64,000 nucleotides of DNA from an uncultured Halobacteriales archaeon (GTDB taxonomy: Archaea; Halobacteriota; Halobacteria; Halobacteriales; SKSH01), in assembly GCA_964579125.1 (NCBI GenBank), contig CAZOFG010000001.1:109928-173927 (forward strand), given 5' to 3'. Positions within the stretch are counted from its first letter, which is position 1. Every line of letters begins with the position of its first letter. Below are positions 28,842 through 38,024 of the stretch, piece after piece. A program made the position numbers and the translations under genes. Under the pieces are notes generated by a model that was given only the letters and a program-made list of their open reading frames with translations, searched no databases and had not been told where the DNA came from.

Positions 28842-29794
28842 CCGGGGCGTACACCGTCCGGGAGGCGCGCCCGGATGACGAGTCGGCCATACAGGCGATG
28901 ACGGCGGACACCTGGCCGGATCGAGAGACTGATGATTACCTCAGTCGCGTCTATACCGAGTGGATCGAACCTGCCGACCGACCCAAGCGCACGCTCGTCG
29001 TCGATCACGACGGCGACGCGGTGGCGATCGCGCAGGCAGTCTGTCTCTCCGACCACGAAGCCTGGGGCCAGGGATTGCGGGTGCATCCCGACCATCGCGG
29101 CGAAGGACTGAGCACGCGCCTGACACAACAGCTGTTCGAGTGGGCTCGAGATGCCGGCGCGCGAATCGTGCGCGGGATGGTGTTTTCATGGAACGTGGCC
29201 GGGCTCGGCCAGGCCCGTGCGAGTGGCTATCGACCTGTCTGTGGCATTCGATGGATTCACCCCAGACCGACGACCGACCCCACGGCCCGGGACCGACTCG
29301 CCGGGGCCGATCAGCCATGGATCCCCGACCCCGGCACAGTAACCGTGACGCACGACCCCGACCTCGCCTGGCGCGGGTATCACGGCACCGACGCTGGGGC
29401 GGCAATGGCCGGCCTCGCCATCTCCCCGCACGAATCGTGGGCGCTGCAGGAATTGACTCGGGACCTGTTGCACACGGCGGCGCGTGATCGAACGGTAATT
29501 GCGGCGACCACGCCGGCGGGTGTCGCCGGCATGAGCCATCGAGTCAGAACCTTCGAGCGCGAACGGGATGATGGAGCGACCGACACTGTCGCCGAGTACG
29601 GGATCGCCGCCTGGACCGATCTCTCGACGGGCGCTGCGGTGCTCGATGCGATCTCGCGTGACGCCGCCGATCTCGGCGCCGATCGCATCCGCGTACTCGT
29701 CCCTGAACGGGGGCGGTATCTCGCCGACGCGGCGTATCTCGGGTGCGAGCTCGGAGACCACCCGGATTACGTCATGGCCGCCGATTTGGTCTGA
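28838..29794 (+). CDS. GNAT-family N-acetyltransferase with C-terminal extension
   Basis: VREARPDDESAIQAM..., LRVHPDHRGEGLSTRLTQQLFEWARDAGA (acetyl-CoA binding R/Q-x-x-G-x-G/A). ATG at 28838 overlaps the gatD stop (ATGA). Confidence 0.7.
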   Translation: MTGAYTVREARPDDESAIQAMTADTWPDRETDDYLSRVYTEWIEPADRPKRTLVVDHDGDAVAIAQAVCLSDHEAWGQGLRVHPDHRGEGLSTRLTQQLFEWARDAGARIVRGMVFSWNVAGLGQARASGYRPVCGIRWIHPRPTTDPTARDRLAGADQPWIPDPGTVTVTHDPDLAWRGYHGTDAGAAMAGLAISPHESWALQELTRDLLHTAARDRTVIAATTPAGVAGMSHRVRTFERERDDGATDTVAEYGIAAWTDLSTGAAVLDAISRDAADLGADRIRVLVPERGRYLADAAYLGCELGDHPDYVMAADLV

Positions 29795-29799
29795 TCGGG

Positions 29800-30075
29800 T
29801 TACCCGCCGCTGATGGGTGGGAACAACGCCAACTCGGCATCGTCACCGACCGCCTGGTCGAAGCCACCACCATCGGTTTGAACGGGTTCGCCGTTATGGA
29901 GAAGCGTCACGTGCGCTGGTAACTCTAAATCCGCTCCGAGCTCGTCAGCGAGACCCGGCTCGGCCTCGAGCAAGGCGGACAACGCATCAGCGACCGTTTC
30001 GACGTCATCGCTCGGAATCGAAACCCTGGTCGCATCGGCCGCCTCGGCGAATTCGCCGAAGAGTCTCCATTCCAT
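29800..30075 (-). CDS. samp1: Small archaeal modifier protein, MoaD/ThiS-type ubiquitin-like (SAMP1-like)
   Basis: 91 aa starting MEWRLFGEFAEAA... and ending ...ELALFPPISGG with a C-terminal di-glycine. Close to my recollection of Haloferax SAMP1 (MEWKLFADLAEVAG...ELALFPPVSGG). Confidence 0.85.
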   Translation of the reverse strand: MEWRLFGEFAEAADATRVSIPSDDVETVADALSALLEAEPGLADELGADLELPAHVTLLHNGEPVQTDGGGFDQAVGDDAELALFPPISGG

Positions 30076-30095
30076 ACCTGCCCCTCGCCGTCGAC

Positions 30096-31235
30096 TCAGG
30101 ATGAACCTTGTGCCGAATCTTTGAATCGACGAAGGACATCCGGGCGGCCCATAGCCAGGATCGTCTGGCCCGGGGCGAGGGTCACATCGTCGGCGGGGAG
30201 CGGCGTGATCGTCCCGTCTTCGTCGGTTACGGACAGAACGGTCGCCTCGAGGCTGCCGACAGCCGCCCCGGCAAGCGGACCCTCCTCCGTGATTGTGGTT
30301 CGCTTGATCGTTTCATGCACCCGTCTGAGCACCGCGGCAAAGGTGCGCGAGGGTTGGGGCCCCTGTGGGAGCGTTTCGATGCGATATCCAGTCTCCGGCG
30401 CGAAGGCCTCGCGGTCGGACGCATCGATGGCAAGTGTGACGTATTCACCAGCGACACCCCGCAATTCGGCCGTTCCGATGCGCGTCAACGAATCCTCATC
30501 CCGCCAAACGGTCACGCGATCGCCCGGGCTGGCGCTGAAGGCGGGATCCGCTCGCACGACCGTCGCCACTTGGCCGGCCGGTAACGTATGTCCGATGCCG
30601 ACCGGTCGGCGACCGACGGCCAAATGTGAGACATTACCGGCATCGTCGAATTCGAGGTCGGCCGTCCCGACGTTGAATCGCTCCTCGAGATAGTCAAGCA
30701 ACGCATGCCGGCGATCGCGCTCGGAGAGGCGGCCTGGAAGTGAGATCGTCGTTCCTTCTAACTCGCGCTTGAGGTCGTCTCTGATCGGTTCATAGCCCTC
30801 GAGATCGACCACCTCATCGGGTAACGTGATCGGATGAATTCGGCCACGGCCCGAGACGAACGTCTTCACCTCGTGTTCGAAGTCGGTCAGCGTTGCTTCA
30901 CCGAGCACGGTAGTCCCGAGGCTGTCCCCCCCACGGCGGCCGAGCTCCCCCAATACCGCGGCGGCGGCGAAGGAACCGACGGTGAAGCCCGCGGCTTGAA
31001 CGGTGACCGGGTTGGTCGTTCCACCGATGGCCTGCCCGAGGGTGACGGTTGTATTCAGCCAAACCGCAACGATGCCAGCCCCCGTCAAGAGGCCGATCCC
31101 ATAGGGAAGTTCCCGATGCAAGTACCATCGATAGCCCGCCGCCACCAGAAACACCGCAAGTCCGGCGACAAGGCCGAGGGCGATGACGGCAGCACCTTCG
31201 GTGAGGACGGTCTCAATTGTCGCCACGGTGATCAT
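30096..31235 (-). CDS. Membrane protein with cytoplasmic region ending in a TrkA-C (RCK_C)-like domain, paralogue B
   Basis: N-terminal ~110 aa with 3-4 hydrophobic helices. C-terminal ...VTLAPGQTILAMGRPDVLRRF resembles the RCK_C terminus. Start overlaps the stop of paralogue A (ATGA). Confidence 0.7.
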   Translation of the reverse strand: MITVATIETVLTEGAAVIALGLVAGLAVFLVAAGYRWYLHRELPYGIGLLTGAGIVAVWLNTTVTLGQAIGGTTNPVTVQAAGFTVGSFAAAAVLGELGRRGGDSLGTTVLGEATLTDFEHEVKTFVSGRGRIHPITLPDEVVDLEGYEPIRDDLKRELEGTTISLPGRLSERDRRHALLDYLEERFNVGTADLEFDDAGNVSHLAVGRRPVGIGHTLPAGQVATVVRADPAFSASPGDRVTVWRDEDSLTRIGTAELRGVAGEYVTLAIDASDREAFAPETGYRIETLPQGPQPSRTFAAVLRRVHETIKRTTITEEGPLAGAAVGSLEATVLSVTDEDGTITPLPADDVTLAPGQTILAMGRPDVLRRFKDSAQGSS

Positions 31236-32437
31236 CGGTGTGAGTCGATAACGGTTTCAACGGCGTCAGTCGGGCCCACGACAAGGAGTTCGTCGCCGGC
31301 GGCAAGGGATCGATCCAAGGGGGGACGGGCTTCCCACTCGGCGCCGTCGGTGCTCGATCCGCTCACATCAGGATCGATCGCCAACACGCGAACGCCCGTG
31401 TCACCGAGGACCGACGCGAGCGTTTCACCAGCATTTGCCGCCTGAAGTTCGATCGTCGCGAACGAGTGCCCGGCACCGGTCAGATGCTCGATCGCCTCGA
31501 ATTCAAGGCCCGTCCCCCGGGGCAGGGCGACGATCCGCCCCCGATCGGCCGCCATAAGGGGGCGCACCTTTCGCGGTCGGACGGCGATTGTGACTCGACC
31601 TTCGCCGCCAGTCGTTTGTGGGGTGGAGGTCTGTTCGACAGGTTCGGTGCCCCCATCGGTCGCGAGCGGACCGAGGTTCGGATCAGATCGGGCGCTGACG
31701 AGCCGTCCGGTGATGGTTTCATCCGGGAGGATGACCTCGACATGCTCCCCAACGGACAGTCCTGTCGGCACGAGGGCGGCAATCGATACCGCCCGCCGAT
31801 CCGATGGGACCCGACGCGATAACGACCCGAGGGGTGGCGCGGCAGTGACGCGGGCCCGGGCCCGATCGTCCATGTCCACAGCCACCTCAGCGAGGGCGTA
31901 TTCGCGGACCAAGCGATCTTCGAGCCGACGCTCGAGTTCATCAAGAGGAAGATCCGCTGGAAACTCCCAGGTTGCACTCGAGAGCTCCGTGCGTAACTCG
32001 GGTGAGAGGGCCGGATACCCGTCCATACTCGCCACCTCTCCCAAGACCTCCACCCTGACCCGTCCGATCCCGCCGGCATGGAAAATCGCCTCCGGGGCGA
32101 GCGTCCGCGCGCCGAGGGACCGCAGCGAGAACCGCCGGGGGAGTTCGGCCCCGAGTTTGTCGCCTTGCGCATGGGTGTACAGCGAAATCATCATCACCAC
32201 GATTAATGCAACGAGCAATCGGGGCGATTGCGAAATCGACGGGTCGACCAGCCCGAGCAATCCACCGCTGACCCCGGCGATCGCGACGGCGAGGATGACC
32301 ACCCCGAGGGCGGGCATAGTCACCCCCGTCATATACTTGAAAAGAAATCCGAGGGTTCCGGCCACAATCCCCGGAACGATCCCCGTCATCAGCCCGATAT
32401 AGATCCCGAGCAGGACTTCAAGCACCAATGAGGGCAT
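31232..32437 (-). CDS. Membrane protein with cytoplasmic region ending in a TrkA-C (RCK_C)-like domain, paralogue A
   Basis: ATG at 32437 (MPSLVLEVLLGIYIGLMTGIVPG...). 3-4 TM helices, then a soluble region ending ...LAAGDELLVVGPTDAVETV. The extension to 32635 is rejected. Confidence 0.7.
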   Translation of the reverse strand: MPSLVLEVLLGIYIGLMTGIVPGIVAGTLGFLFKYMTGVTMPALGVVILAVAIAGVSGGLLGLVDPSISQSPRLLVALIVVMMISLYTHAQGDKLGAELPRRFSLRSLGARTLAPEAIFHAGGIGRVRVEVLGEVASMDGYPALSPELRTELSSATWEFPADLPLDELERRLEDRLVREYALAEVAVDMDDRARARVTAAPPLGSLSRRVPSDRRAVSIAALVPTGLSVGEHVEVILPDETITGRLVSARSDPNLGPLATDGGTEPVEQTSTPQTTGGEGRVTIAVRPRKVRPLMAADRGRIVALPRGTGLEFEAIEHLTGAGHSFATIELQAANAGETLASVLGDTGVRVLAIDPDVSGSSTDGAEWEARPPLDRSLAAGDELLVVGPTDAVETVIDSHR

Positions 32438-32493
32438 GGAATACGACCGAGACTCGCCCTCATCGCTTAAACCACTACCGCAGCGGGATGGGA

Positions 32494-33228
32494 CTATCGC
32501 GAAAGATCCGCAGCAGCCTCGAGGGCGATCTCGATGGCCGCATCGATGGCCGCATCGGATGCACTCGGTAACTCCCCCTCCTCGTCCGAGGCCCCTTTTT
32601 GCGTGCCGCGAACGAGATTGCCATCGACGGTGCAAATCGCCCCGGCGCGAGCGTTATTTCGTCGCGCGATCGTGAAGATCGCCGCCGCTTCCATTTCGAC
32701 AGCCAACAGGCCAGCGGCCTCCCAGGCCTGGACATACTCCGGGGTTTCCGCGTAAAACGCGTCGTCGGTGACGATCGGGCCGACATGCAAGCGGGGCTCG
32801 GCGTGTGTTCCACGGCTGCGCAATGCCTGGACGACATCAGCGCTCGCCGCGGCCGGAACGGACACGTCTTCGTACCGCTTTGAGGTGCCCTCGGCCTTCG
32901 CGGCCGCCGTCGCGACCACGTAGTCCCCGATGTCGATCTCAGACTGGAGTGCCCCGGTCGTGCCGACTCGGATAAACGTCTCCGTACCAGTGGCCAATAA
33001 TTCCTCCACGGCAATGGCTGCGGATGGCGATCCGATCCCCGTCGAACAGATTGTGAGGGGGTGCCCGTCGTACCGGGCGTTGACGACCGTGTACTCTCGG
33101 TTGCTCGCGATCTCGGTGTGTGACTCACAGTGTCCGGCGATGCGCTCGACGCGGTCCGGATCGCCCGGGACCAACGCGACGGGATGGACGTCGCCGGGTG
33201 CGACTTGGAGATGGGGTTGGGTACTCAT
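32494..33228 (-). CDS. Nucleoside phosphorylase, PNP/UDP family 1 (uridine phosphorylase-like)
   Basis: ICSTGIGSPSAAIAVEEL, IRVGTTGAL, VEMEAAAIF. ATG at 33228. Confidence 0.85.
   Translation of the reverse strand: MSTQPHLQVAPGDVHPVALVPGDPDRVERIAGHCESHTEIASNREYTVVNARYDGHPLTICSTGIGSPSAAIAVEELLATGTETFIRVGTTGALQSEIDIGDYVVATAAAKAEGTSKRYEDVSVPAAASADVVQALRSRGTHAEPRLHVGPIVTDDAFYAETPEYVQAWEAAGLLAVEMEAAAIFTIARRNNARAGAICTVDGNLVRGTQKGASDEEGELPSASDAAIDAAIEIALEAAADLSR
32531..32554. repeat. Perfect 12-bp tandem duplication (TCGATGGCCGCA x2) inside the nucleoside phosphorylase gene
   Basis: Read directly: 32531-32542 equals 32543-32554. In frame, it encodes the DAAI-DAAI repeat near the C-terminus. Confidence 0.9.
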
Positions 33229-33267
33229 ATCTGTACAACCCCGCCAGTCCGTGAAAAACACCCCTCC

Positions 33268-34092
33268 TTAGACCGAGACGAGGTACAACAAGAGATTGTG
33301 CGTCCCCGGGGCGAGGCCGACCGCCGCGATGACCGCGAGGATGACGCGCGCTTGGGTTGGTGCTTCCTCGATATATGGTCGAAAAAGCACGAGGACGGCG
33401 ACGGCGAGCACCCCCTTCACCACCACAAAGAGCCATGCGTCGCCGATAACCTCGGACACCGGAAGCTCCCGACCGAGGTCGATGACAACCTCCGAAAGTG
33501 GCGATCGTTCGCCGGCATCGAGCCAGTCGACGCCGATCGCGGTCGTCACGGCATCGAACACCTGGCCAAAGACCACGAGCACGCCGGTCGCCCCCGAGAC
33601 AGCGAGCGTGCGAGCCAGCCACCGACGCATGCCGAGGTACACGGCCGCCGTGAGGGCGACGGTGACCACGAGCCCGATGACTGGCCAGCCGAGCGAGAGC
33701 TGGTGATCCCCGATGGCGCTCCACACGACGGCGACGAACGAAAGGAGGGCAACTCCCACGCCGACGCCACCCACCACCATCGGCACATCGAGTCGCGTCT
33801 CGACCTCGGCGACGCGAAGGCCGACGATCCACAGGAGTGCCAACACGGTCGCGACGGTCAAGTAGACCATCGGACTCCCAGCCAACGGTTCGAGCGCGGC
33901 GGGCACCGCATCAAGCACATATAAGACGTGAAGGGCCGCGCCGGCCACCATCCACGGCACCGCGGCGAGGACGTGCCGATCGGTCACCCGGACCTCTCGG
34001 CGGACCAGCACCGCCGCGGCGACGCCGGCGAGCACCCCGACAGGGACGAGATACTCGACCGGCGGCACGGTGGAGCCCTCCGGCAGAACCAT
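33268..34092 (-). CDS. DUF63-like polytopic membrane protein
   Basis: ~274 aa, 7-8 TM helices. ATG at 34092 (MVLPEGSTVPPVEYL...). Family assignment is from memory of haloarchaeal annotations. Confidence 0.65.
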   Translation of the reverse strand: MVLPEGSTVPPVEYLVPVGVLAGVAAAVLVRREVRVTDRHVLAAVPWMVAGAALHVLYVLDAVPAALEPLAGSPMVYLTVATVLALLWIVGLRVAEVETRLDVPMVVGGVGVGVALLSFVAVVWSAIGDHQLSLGWPVIGLVVTVALTAAVYLGMRRWLARTLAVSGATGVLVVFGQVFDAVTTAIGVDWLDAGERSPLSEVVIDLGRELPVSEVIGDAWLFVVVKGVLAVAVLVLFRPYIEEAPTQARVILAVIAAVGLAPGTHNLLLYLVSV

Positions 34093-34193
34093 GTGCCGCC
34101 CTCCGCGTACTGGCGGATAAAAGCCACCGATCGCATCGACGCCGCGCTCCCCGGCCATTTTTGGCCGTCGGGGACGTGGCCGAGAGCACGCGA

Positions 34194-35486
34194 ATGGCCC
34201 GCTATTACATCGAAACGTACGGGTGCACCGCCAATCGGGGTGAGAGCCGTCGCATCGAGCGGTTGCTTCGCGATGGGGGGCATCACCCGGTTGACGACCC
34301 CACGAGGGCCGATGTGGCCATCCTCAACACCTGTACGGTGATCGAGACGACCGAGCGGAACATGCTCAATCGGGCCAAAGAACTGGATACCCAAACGCCG
34401 GCGGGGCTCGTCGTGACCGGCTGTATGGCACTCGCCCAGGGTGAGACCTTCAGGGAGGCCGGGATCGACGCAGAAATCCTTCACTGGGATGACGTCCCCG
34501 ACTATGTCAGAAACGGCGAGTGTCCGACGAGCACGCCCGACACCGAACCGATTCTCGATGGCGTTATCGGCATCCTCCCGATCGCCAGGGGCTGCACCTC
34601 GAACTGTTCGTATTGTATCACCAAGCGGGCCACGGGTCGAATCGACTCGCCACCCGTCGAAGAAAACGTCGAACGCGCGAGAGCGCTCATCCATGCCGGA
34701 GCCCGAGAACTCCGCATTACCGGTCAAGATACGGGGGTATACGGCTGGGACATCAATCACGGAGAGAGTCTCCTACCCGAATTACTCGATCGGATCTGTA
34801 CGGAGATCGAGGGCGATTTTCGCGTTCGCGTCGGGATGGCCAACCCGCGGGGCATCCACGACGTTCGCGACGAACTAGCCGACGTGTTCGCCCGCCACGA
34901 CGAGCTGTATAACTTCCTGCACGCCCCCGTGCAATCCGGCTCGGACGAGGTCCTGGAAGCCATGCGCCGCCAACACCGCGTCGAGGAGTTTCGCGAGATC
35001 GTGGAGACGTTCGATGCCAGGCTGGAGGACTGGACACTTGCAACGGATTTCATCGTGGGATTCCCCACCGAAACCGAGGCGGACTTTACCGCCAGCCTCG
35101 AGTTGCTTGAGGCGGTCAAACCCGAACGGATCAATATTACGCGCTTTTCCAAGCGGCCGGGAACCGATGCGGCCGAGATGGACGGGCTCGGCGGCCAGAC
35201 CAAAAAAGACCGTTCGAAGGCGATGACCGAGCGCAAACACGAGGTGCTCCAGGCCGTCCACCAAGAGCTGGTCGATACGACCCGAGAAGTCTTAGCCGTC
35301 AAAGCGGGTCAAGACGCCTCGATGCGCTGTCGTGACGATGCGTATCACTTGCTCGTGATTCCCGAGGCCGACGGCATTGCCCCCGGAGACCGGCTGCGCG
35401 TTCGCGTGACGGAGGCGGCAACGACCTACGCACTCGCCCGACCGGAAACAACGGCGAGAGCCGATCCAGCCCTCGCCGACGACTGA
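34194..35486 (+). CDS. Radical-SAM methylthiotransferase, MiaB/MtaB (CDKAL1-like) family
   Basis: UPF0004 N-domain (YIETYGCTANRGES...ILNTCTV), radical-SAM CTSNCSYCITK, C-terminal TRAM-like domain. ATG at 34194. Confidence 0.9.
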   Translation: MARYYIETYGCTANRGESRRIERLLRDGGHHPVDDPTRADVAILNTCTVIETTERNMLNRAKELDTQTPAGLVVTGCMALAQGETFREAGIDAEILHWDDVPDYVRNGECPTSTPDTEPILDGVIGILPIARGCTSNCSYCITKRATGRIDSPPVEENVERARALIHAGARELRITGQDTGVYGWDINHGESLLPELLDRICTEIEGDFRVRVGMANPRGIHDVRDELADVFARHDELYNFLHAPVQSGSDEVLEAMRRQHRVEEFREIVETFDARLEDWTLATDFIVGFPTETEADFTASLELLEAVKPERINITRFSKRPGTDAAEMDGLGGQTKKDRSKAMTERKHEVLQAVHQELVDTTREVLAVKAGQDASMRCRDDAYHLLVIPEADGIAPGDRLRVRVTEAATTYALARPETTARADPALADD

Positions 35487-35511
35487 GCCCTCCGGCCCCC
35501 GTCCCAGTCTG

Positions 35512-36462
35512 TCAGGAGGATCGTTTCCACTCGCCCAAACCAGCCGGATCCAGGTGGATGTGGACGTCCTTGACTCCCTCGAGCTCGCGGACTGCCTCGA
35601 CGAGCTCGGTCTCGATGTCGTGTGCTTGTGCGAGGGTGAGCTCCCCACCGACTTCCACGTGAGCTTCGACCTCGAGGTGCGGTCCATCGTAAAAGACCAC
35701 GAGGTCGTGCACCCCGTGGACCGCCGGATGCCCCCGGAGGGTCCGTTTGACCTCCTCTTGTCGGTGCGGGGGTGCGGCTTCGCCGGCCAGATAGGCGAGA
35801 TTCTCTCGGGCGACCTCGATCCCCTGATAGATGACGAGAACGCTCACCAGCCCACCGGCGAGGGGATCGAATACGGGATAGCCCGCTCCCACCCCGACGA
35901 TGCCGACGAGAACGGCCGCCGAGGTGTAGATATCGTTGCGACAATCGATCGCCAGTGCACGCAACGCTGGCGCGCCCAATGCGTCGTTCACCCGCATCGT
36001 GTACCAATACACGGCGAGCATCAACCCACCGGCGACGAGGGTCGCGGCGATGAGCAATGGGTCGAACGTCACGGTGGGACCCTCCAGAAGGCCGGTACCC
36101 GATTCGTACAACAAATTGGCGCCCAAGAGGACGATGACGGCCCCCACAAAGAGCGCGGTCAATGGCTCGATCCGCCCATGGCCGTGCGGATGTTCGGCGT
36201 CTGGGGCCACGAATCGGCTATCGCCCCACTGGAGCACGACGGCGCTTGCAACCAGATCGGCGATCGAGTGGGCGGCATCAGCGAGGACCGCGACACTCCC
36301 AAACGTGAGACCGACGGCTCCCTCGACGAGGATCTTCGCGGCGTTGCCGGCCACGTTGACCCACGCGGCACGCACGAAGCGGTCACGATCATCGGGAGCT
36401 GTCACGGCCGCTGCGAATACAGACGAAGCAGACTTCAACGCAGCGATTAGGACCACCGACAC
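35512..36462 (-). CDS. Cation diffusion facilitator family transporter
   Basis: Six TM helices with LADAAHSIADL and a C-terminal cytoplasmic ferredoxin-like domain (VHDLVVFYDGPHLEVEAHVEV). GTG start. Confidence 0.88.
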   Translation of the reverse strand: MSVVLIAALKSASSVFAAAVTAPDDRDRFVRAAWVNVAGNAAKILVEGAVGLTFGSVAVLADAAHSIADLVASAVVLQWGDSRFVAPDAEHPHGHGRIEPLTALFVGAVIVLLGANLLYESGTGLLEGPTVTFDPLLIAATLVAGGLMLAVYWYTMRVNDALGAPALRALAIDCRNDIYTSAAVLVGIVGVGAGYPVFDPLAGGLVSVLVIYQGIEVARENLAYLAGEAAPPHRQEEVKRTLRGHPAVHGVHDLVVFYDGPHLEVEAHVEVGGELTLAQAHDIETELVEAVRELEGVKDVHIHLDPAGLGEWKRSS

Positions 36463-36471
36463 CTGAAGATA

Positions 36472-37032
36472 CTACGCAAGATTCGCCTGTGGATCGAGTG
36501 TGACCGCCCCCTCACCGCTCGTATCGACCGCCGACGGTAATGCGGCAAATCCCTCACGGAGGGTATCATAGGTCCGCTCAAGCGCCTCGACGATCACCTT
36601 CGTCTCGCCGATCGTCGCCATGAAGTTCGTATCGCCCGCCCATCGCGGTACGACGTGGCGATGCACGTGATCGCCGATCGAGCCTCCGGCCGCGGCACTA
36701 CCGAGATTGCAGCCGGTGTTGAACCCATCCGGCTCCATCGTCGCCTCGATCGCCGTAATCGCCTGGTGGGTCAATCCCACGAAGGACTCGAGGTCGGCTC
36801 CGGAAAGTGCCGGTAACTCGCCCGTGTGGGTATGGGGCACGATCATCACGTGGCCGGGATTGTACGGATAGTTATTCAACAAGACGTAGGCATCCGCGGT
36901 CTTGGCAACGATGCGATCCTCGCGCTCGTCATTCGAGGACGCCAGCGCGCAGAAGACACAGTCCTCCTGCTCGGCCGGTGGGGTCTCCCGCTCGACCCAG
37001 TCGATCCGCCAGGGTGCGAAGATACTGTCCAT
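36472..37032 (-). CDS. HIT-family nucleotide hydrolase/transferase
   Basis: Histidine triad GDHVHRHVVPRW, N-terminal FAPWRIDWVE and CVFC. ATG at 37032. Confidence 0.8.
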   Translation of the reverse strand: MDSIFAPWRIDWVERETPPAEQEDCVFCALASSNDEREDRIVAKTADAYVLLNNYPYNPGHVMIVPHTHTGELPALSGADLESFVGLTHQAITAIEATMEPDGFNTGCNLGSAAAGGSIGDHVHRHVVPRWAGDTNFMATIGETKVIVEALERTYDTLREGFAALPSAVDTSGEGAVTLDPQANLA

Positions 37033-37080
37033 GCCAGCCTGTGCAGTCGGTGCAGCCAAAAGTGCGACGGCCGGGGGCGG

Positions 37081-37980
37081 TCACGCCGTGGTGATCTCGC
37101 ACCCCTCCGGCGTGACGATGACCGTGTGTTCCTTTTGACTGACAAATCGCCCGTCGTCTTCTTTCAGCACGGGATAGCTCTCGACGACGTCGTGTTGTTG
37201 CAGGCGTCGCAGCGCCATCTCCGGGCGATCGGTTTCGAGCCAGCGCTTGGCGAAAGGCAGGGTCTTGAAGTCCGATTGGATCTGTTCGAGTGCCGACCGG
37301 GCGCGACGGTCGCGGACGGTGGCGTCCTCCCGCTCGAGCTTGTAGATCTCCGTGCGAGCACCCTCCGTAACTTTGCCCGTCCCGTCAGTAGCGAACGGTT
37401 CGATAGCGACGACATCACCCACCTCGAGGGTTTGGCCCTGCGTGACCTCGCGATTGGGAATGTTCGGTGCGGTGTGTTGCTCGTACTGTTCGAGGCCGTG
37501 GCCGGTGAGATTGACCACGGGATTGAACCCGTATCCATCGATGACGGATTCGATCTCGGCACCGATCGTCCCCGTATCGACACCCGGTTCGATGACATCC
37601 GTTGCCGCCTCGAGGGCTTCCTCGCTCGCCTCGACGAGGTCCGCCTGGCCGGAGAAATCCACCGTAATCGCGGTGTCGGCCAACCACCCATCGATGTGGG
37701 CACCGAGATCGAGGTTGATCATCTCCTCTCCGAAGGTGCGCTCGTCCTCCGCGTCGGCGGTGTCGTGGGCGGCCACCTCGTCGACGCTGATGTTGATTGG
37801 AAAGCCGATCTCGGCGCCGAGTTCTTCGAGGCGCGATTCCGCGAACTCCGCGAGGTCGAGGTGGGACATCCCGATCTCGATGCGATCGGCGGTCTCCGCA
37901 CGAACTTGCGCCAAGATCTCGCCCGCCTCTCGGTGCTTTTCGTAACGCTCGGCCTCGAGGTCGACCTCGGGGTCGCTCAT
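37081..37980 (-). CDS. map: Methionine aminopeptidase, type II
   Basis: 299 aa with a pita-bread fold, HGLEQYEQHTAPNIPN, and the type II helical insertion. Confidence 0.93.
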   Translation of the reverse strand: MSDPEVDLEAERYEKHREAGEILAQVRAETADRIEIGMSHLDLAEFAESRLEELGAEIGFPINISVDEVAAHDTADAEDERTFGEEMINLDLGAHIDGWLADTAITVDFSGQADLVEASEEALEAATDVIEPGVDTGTIGAEIESVIDGYGFNPVVNLTGHGLEQYEQHTAPNIPNREVTQGQTLEVGDVVAIEPFATDGTGKVTEGARTEIYKLEREDATVRDRRARSALEQIQSDFKTLPFAKRWLETDRPEMALRRLQQHDVVESYPVLKEDDGRFVSQKEHTVIVTPEGCEITTA

Positions 37981-38024
37981 GCCCAGGGCTTCGAGAATCC
38001 GCGCTTTAGGGGTTCCGCTTCGGG

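Noticed and set aside
33837-34193. 119-codon 5' extension of the methylthiotransferase ORF (track start 33837)
   Set aside because: The extension is Arg/Pro-rich and overlaps the DUF63-like gene on the other strand. The conserved N-terminus MARYYIETYGC begins at 34194. Similar 5' extensions were trimmed for pyrG (21456-21788), thrS (21331-21570), ADH (17919-18164), moaB (17905-18006), the RCK_C protein (32438-32635), the amidohydrolase (41642-41797), mptA (56020-56337), the MBL gene (60827-60967), the ABC ATPase (15696-15809) and gatD (27339-27596).
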